Assembly (NCBI GenBank): GCA_963845245.1
Contig: CAWJRJ010000024.1
Location: 96,001-160,000 of the forward strand
Origin: Nitrospirota bacterium
GTDB lineage: Bacteria; Nitrospirota; JACRHJ01
Length of the DNA: 64,000 nucleotides
Direction: 5' to 3'
Shown here piece by piece: positions 59,740 through 64,000 of this stretch. The notes under the pieces are model-generated. The model saw only the letters and a list, made by a program, of their open reading frames with translations, was not told the origin of the DNA and did no database searches. Position 1 is the stretch's first letter. The number at the start of each line of letters is the position of its first letter. The translations under genes and the position numbers were made by a program.

Positions 59740-60281
59740 GACCTCATGTACGTTGTCAGGGCTATGGTCAAATTTATTTCGCCTTCATCCTTGCCAGATG
59801 AAAGCGACAGGTTATCTATGTTGAGAAAAAGTGGGGACGTCTCTATATCATAAATGAATTTTCTTACATCACGGTAGTTGCCGGATATTGGCATCGTAAA
59901 ATCCACTTGTATCAGGTCCCCTTCCTTTAATTCCTTGGCATCTGTCCCGAAGGAAGCGCTCTTCATGCCGTCTTCTTTGGCTAGCCTGTAAACCTTATCA
60001 ACCAGGCTTATGTAATCGCCTCTCTCCGGAAGCATCGTTTTGAACTGGCCAAGTTGTCTCATACCGCTATCGAATGAGCTATAGAGGCCATACTCTCCAG
60101 CCTCAGATGCAGTTTTCTTGTTTAGCTCGGCAAGCCTTTCCTCCAGCCTGCGCACTTTTATTGAGGCTGGGACGGCACGCAGAAAATAATAACCAACATC
60201 CGCGACAGCCAAAGAAATAACAAACAGGAGTAGCACCTGCGCAAGCCTGCTCTTTTTTATCAGTTCAACTGCCTGGCTCAA
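59736..60281 (-). CDS. PilO/GspM-like inner membrane platform protein
   Basis: TM, coiled coil and GNYRDVRKFIYDIE. Confidence 0.8.
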   Translation of the reverse strand: MSQAVELIKKSRLAQVLLLFVISLAVADVGYYFLRAVPASIKVRRLEERLAELNKKTASEAGEYGLYSSFDSGMRQLGQFKTMLPERGDYISLVDKVYRLAKEDGMKSASFGTDAKELKEGDLIQVDFTMPISGNYRDVRKFIYDIETSPLFLNIDNLSLSSGKDEGEINLTIALTTYMRS

Positions 60282-60895
60282 CTTCTGCCTCTTTCTTCAG
60301 GGTGGGCATGCGTGCCCTCGGGCTTGTATCTGATCTTGAGGTTGAAGTTCTGCACCGTCTTGCCGATATCCTTGTCAACCATGACTTCAGAGCTATGGAA
60401 AACCGGCGGGAGATTATCGAAGTACGGTGATCTGGTGATCCTGCCCACGAACTCAGTAACCCCTGCCATATCGAGCGCAGTACCTGTAATGTCAACATCC
60501 AGATTGCTAGACTCAGTGTCGAAGTTTGGTTTGATGCTCTCTATGGATACCCCTGGTGGCACAAGCTCCTCAAGGCGGTTAAGGAAAGCCGTCCAAGAGA
60601 AAACTCTACGACTTATAGCCATGTTTGCAAACTCTGCCTCACGAAGAGACGCCTTCACTTCATTTTCGTGTACCGTCTTTTTTATTTCCTGCAGCCTCGA
60701 CGAAACCTCTGATTCTTTTTTTTCATGCAGCTTGACCTCCGAGACAAGCATGTTCTCCCGGACAAGGGCCTTCCTGTAATCATTTATATTATAAGAAAAA
60801 ATCGCCCCCAGGCAGAAAAGAAGCAGTATGAGTACTGCGTTGACTTTCCTGGCCAAGACGTATTCGCGGGAAGCGAAGTTTATCCTGATACGCAT
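60278..60895 (-). CDS. PilN-like protein
   Basis: RINFAS, TM, coiled coil and WTAFLNRLEELVPPGVSIESI. Confidence 0.8.
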   Translation of the reverse strand: MRIRINFASREYVLARKVNAVLILLLFCLGAIFSYNINDYRKALVRENMLVSEVKLHEKKESEVSSRLQEIKKTVHENEVKASLREAEFANMAISRRVFSWTAFLNRLEELVPPGVSIESIKPNFDTESSNLDVDITGTALDMAGVTEFVGRITRSPYFDNLPPVFHSSEVMVDKDIGKTVQNFNLKIRYKPEGTHAHPEERGRS

Positions 60896-60898
60896 CCT

Positions 60899-61858
60899 CT
60901 AGCCCTCCAGTGCGGCACCGCAAGCGGCACTGAAGGCCGGGGAAGAATATTCATTACCCCCCCATCTCTCTAGTGCCAGCCCAAGGTCCAGGACTGCCGT
61001 CTTTAACGTAGAATTTTTACCGACCTCATCGGCAATCAGCTTTATCCTGTCTGGATCATCAGCTGTCATATAGACTTTTTCGACCGGTAAATCGCCGTAA
61101 TTTTCCTTGTAGAACGTAAGGGAGGCGTTAAGTTCTCTGAGTATCCTGGTCACGGCCATGCCGTTTTCCTCACCATCGAATCCGCCCATATCCTTGAGTC
61201 TGAAGAAATGCGGGACTCCCCGCTCGAATACCATAACTGAAAGCTTGCCGCCTGTCAGCATCATTACAGCGAAACATGATAGGCCCGCCGAGTCTTTTGC
61301 GATAAAATCCTCGTAGAGGTTCCATACGCAAAAAGAGGACAGGTCTATTACTATCGGCTTCAGCCCAGCCTCCCTGAACACAAGTTCGTATTGTGAAAGT
61401 ATGTCAGATTTTATAATTGAAACCAGGAACCGGTGCTGGTCTTTATCATTCGATTTGAATTTGCCCAAATATTGGTAACGCATCGCTGCCTGATCGACGT
61501 CAAAGGGCAGGAGTTTCTTGACCCGCCACCTCAGCATTTTCTCGACCTCATCTTTTTTGCCCTGGAGCGAGTCAAAATCCAATATGGAGACCCTTGATAT
61601 GTGGTCCGGGAGCGCCACATTTACCCCCCTCACCCTCCTGCCTGCCTTTTGAACAAGTCTTTCCACAAGGCCTACAAATGAGGGTATATCCGTAATGTTC
61701 GGTTCTGTAAACGAATTAAGCAGGATCCCCGCTGGTAATTCCACCTGCGAAGCCCAGGCAATACCCGGCCTGCCCCCTGCCCTTTTTAACGATACAGCCC
61801 GAAGCACCCTTTGGCCGACCTCAAGACCCGCTGTCGCCTTGCCGCCGAATAATCCCAT
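60899..61858 (-). CDS. PilM/GspL-like cytoplasmic actin-fold protein
   Basis: GLEVG, VALPD, RWRVKKLLPF, YELVFREAGLKP and ACGAAL. Confidence 0.8.
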   Translation of the reverse strand: MGLFGGKATAGLEVGQRVLRAVSLKRAGGRPGIAWASQVELPAGILLNSFTEPNITDIPSFVGLVERLVQKAGRRVRGVNVALPDHISRVSILDFDSLQGKKDEVEKMLRWRVKKLLPFDVDQAAMRYQYLGKFKSNDKDQHRFLVSIIKSDILSQYELVFREAGLKPIVIDLSSFCVWNLYEDFIAKDSAGLSCFAVMMLTGGKLSVMVFERGVPHFFRLKDMGGFDGEENGMAVTRILRELNASLTFYKENYGDLPVEKVYMTADDPDRIKLIADEVGKNSTLKTAVLDLGLALERWGGNEYSSPAFSAACGAALEG

Positions 61859-61862
61859 CCCT

Positions 61863-63994
61863 TTACTCCACAAATGTAACGCGGTTTATCTCCCGTAGGG
61901 TCGTCTCGCCCCTGAATGCCTTTTCCAAGCGCGGATTTCCTGAGCGTGCTCATACCCTCTTCCCTCGCAATCCTCTTAAGCTCCGAAATGGGTCTTTTAT
62001 CCAATATCATTTCTTTTATCCTGTCCGAGAGGTCCAGAAACTCGGTTATGGCCTGCCTGCCTTTGTATCCTGTACCGTTGCACTCGTTGCAGCCCCTGCC
62101 CTCGTAGAACACAGTGCCCTTTTTTATCACCTCGTCATAATCAAGGCCGGAGTCTACTATCAGCTCTCTGGAAACCTTTGCAGGTCTCTTGCAAGACGGG
62201 CATATAACCCTGACAAGCCTCTGGGCGAGGATGCAGTTGAGCGAACTGACGAAATTGTATGGCTCTACCCCCATGTTCGTAAAACGTCCTATGACATCGA
62301 AAGCGCTGTTTGCGTGGACGGTTGTAAACACAAGGTGGCCGGTTAGCGCGGCTGCAACCGCTATCTGCGCCGTCTCCGGGTCTCGTATTTCTCCGACCAG
62401 TATCTTGTCCGGGTCATGCCTCAGGATGGAACGTAGCCCCCTCGCAAATGTCAACCCTTTCTTTTCGTTTACGGGTATCTGCACGACCCCTGGGAGCTGG
62501 TACTCCACCGGGTCTTCGATGGTTATCATCTTGTCCTCGGTCGTGTTTATCTCGCTGATGGCGGCATAGAGCGTGGTCGTCTTGCCGGAGCCGGTAGGCC
62601 CGGTTACAAGCACCATCCCGTAAGGCTCTGAGATTGTTTTCCTGAATTTCTTCAGGTCCTCTTCATTGTAGCCGAGCCGGTCCAGCCTGAGCTCATGAAG
62701 GTCAGCTGTTATAGACTCCTTGTCCAGTATCCTTATTACCACGTCCTCCCCAAATATGGCCGGCATGATCGAGACGCGGAAGTCTATCTTCTTGTCCTTG
62801 AACTTTATCTTGAACCTGCCGTCCTGCGGAATCCGTTTCTCGGCTATGTCAAGCTCGGACATGATCTTGATCCTGGAGATTATAGTGCTGTGGAAACGGG
62901 CAGTCTATCGGGTCCATCGCCTGGTAGAGCACGCCGTCTATCCTGTATTTTACTATTACGTACTTCTCGTCCGACTCTATGTGGATATCGCTGGCGCGCT
63001 TCTGGACAGCGGAAAAGAGGATGGTGTCCACCAGCTTTATGATCGGGCTTATCTCTTCGCCGAGCCGGTCCATGGAAAGGGTTTCCTCGCCCTCCTCCGT
63101 CTCCTTGACCAGATGAAGCTTAAACTCCTCGGTGACCTCTTTCAAGACCCTCTGGGAGCCCTCGCTCCTCTTCAGGGCGTCGGCAATGCCGCCGTGGGTC
63201 GCGACGCAGACATTCAGGGAACGGTTAAGGAGAAGCTCCAGCTCGTCCACCATTATGATGTTCGTGGGGTCCGAGACGGCGATGGTCAACCTCCCGCCCT
63301 CCTCCTGGTAGGGGACAAACTGGTAACGGTCCATAAGCTCATACGGTATAGTCTCGAAAAATCGCGGCTCTATTATAAAATTAAAGAGGTTAACGAACTT
63401 GACACCGTGCTGGTAGGCCAGGCTCTTGGCTATCTGTTCCTCGGATATCACGCCCTGTTCAAGTAGCACCTGGCCGATCCTTTTGTCCGTTTTACCAGCC
63501 CTTTCGACTGCGTCGTTAATCTCGGAGGATGTCGCAAAGTTCTTTGATATGAGGATGTCACCCAGCCTTTGTTTGCCTACCATCCTGGCGATGCGCGTAA
63601 TATCCTGCTGCTCGGCCTCGCGTTTTTCGTCCCTCTCTGCGAGCACTCTCTTTATGGTGCTCACAAGCCCGGCCCTTTCAAACGGCTTGATTATATATTC
63701 GGCAGCGCCCATTTTAATGGAGTCGGCCGCGGTCGTCTCGCTCCCGCGCCCGGTGAATATTATCACCTCCGTCTCCGGCCGTATCTTTTTTATCTCCTTC
63801 AGGACGTCAAGCCCGTTCATCCCGGGCATCATGTAGTCCATCAGGACCAGGTCCGGCGAGTTTTCAAGGACCTTGTCTATAGCCTCTCTCCCGTTCGAAG
63901 CGGAAAGAGTCTGAAAATTTTCACGTTCGAGTATCTTCGACGTAACGGTGAGGATGTCCCTTTCGTCGTCGACTATCAGTATGGTCGCCTGCAT
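61863..63994 (-). CDS. GspE/PilB secretion ATPase fused to N-terminal receiver and MshEN-like domains; frameshifts near 62890 and 61920
   Basis: REC (ILIVDD, LMDYMMP, IKPF), RLGDIL.../RIGQVL... repeats, ASDIHIE, PQDGR, GPTGSGKT, EDPVE, GEIRD, and the CPSC/CNEC zinc motif. Confidence 0.9.
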
Positions 63995-64000
63995 GGCGGC

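Noticed and set aside
1..64000. CRISPR arrays, tRNA/rRNA genes, IS elements
   Set aside because: No regularly spaced repeats, cloverleaf-like sequences or transposase ORFs were seen. Intergenic regions are short and otherwise explained.

Overview
This is a 64-kb chromosomal segment from a probably anaerobic Gram-negative bacterium with Geobacter-/Nitrospirota-like gene content (the taxonomy is an inference). Many genes carry 1-nt frameshifts that look like uncorrected long-read errors. The left third (1-19.7 kb) is housekeeping: GT2 and GT-C glycosyltransferases, a Rieske/cytochrome b6/subunit IV complex, AMMECR1, a polyprenyl synthase, an orphan Mor-family regulator, a PP2C phosphatase, glnE, a DUF362 Fe-S protein and a tkt-tal-gnd-rpiB-zwf pentose phosphate operon. 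The remaining ~44 kb is an almost entirely minus-strand island. In order it holds a type II secretion/pseudopilus system (REC-MshEN-GspE ATPase, PilM/N/O-like proteins, a TPR-secretin-cohesin fusion, three pseudopilins), a heme-c (CxxCH) sensor kinase with a sigma54 activator, and four exported multiheme cytochromes with ~99 heme motifs by manual count, one of them a ~3830-aa, ~60-heme protein built of tandem CxxCH/CxxCH/Cx3-7CH modules. These are followed by two unannotated paralogous 19-20-aa peptide genes (MKIKYTAPKVVASSSVHPC and MNKIKYTKPLVVGGSSVHPC), exported HEAT-repeat and DUF1573 proteins, a DUF318 permease, a tetrapyrrole-methylase-family methyltransferase and a pair of U32-family Fe-S proteins. 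The best candidate for an undescribed system is a RiPP-like YxxP...SSVHPC peptide with U32/methyltransferase maturases, coupled to a giant secreted cytochrome apparatus. No rRNA, tRNA, CRISPR or mobile element was seen.
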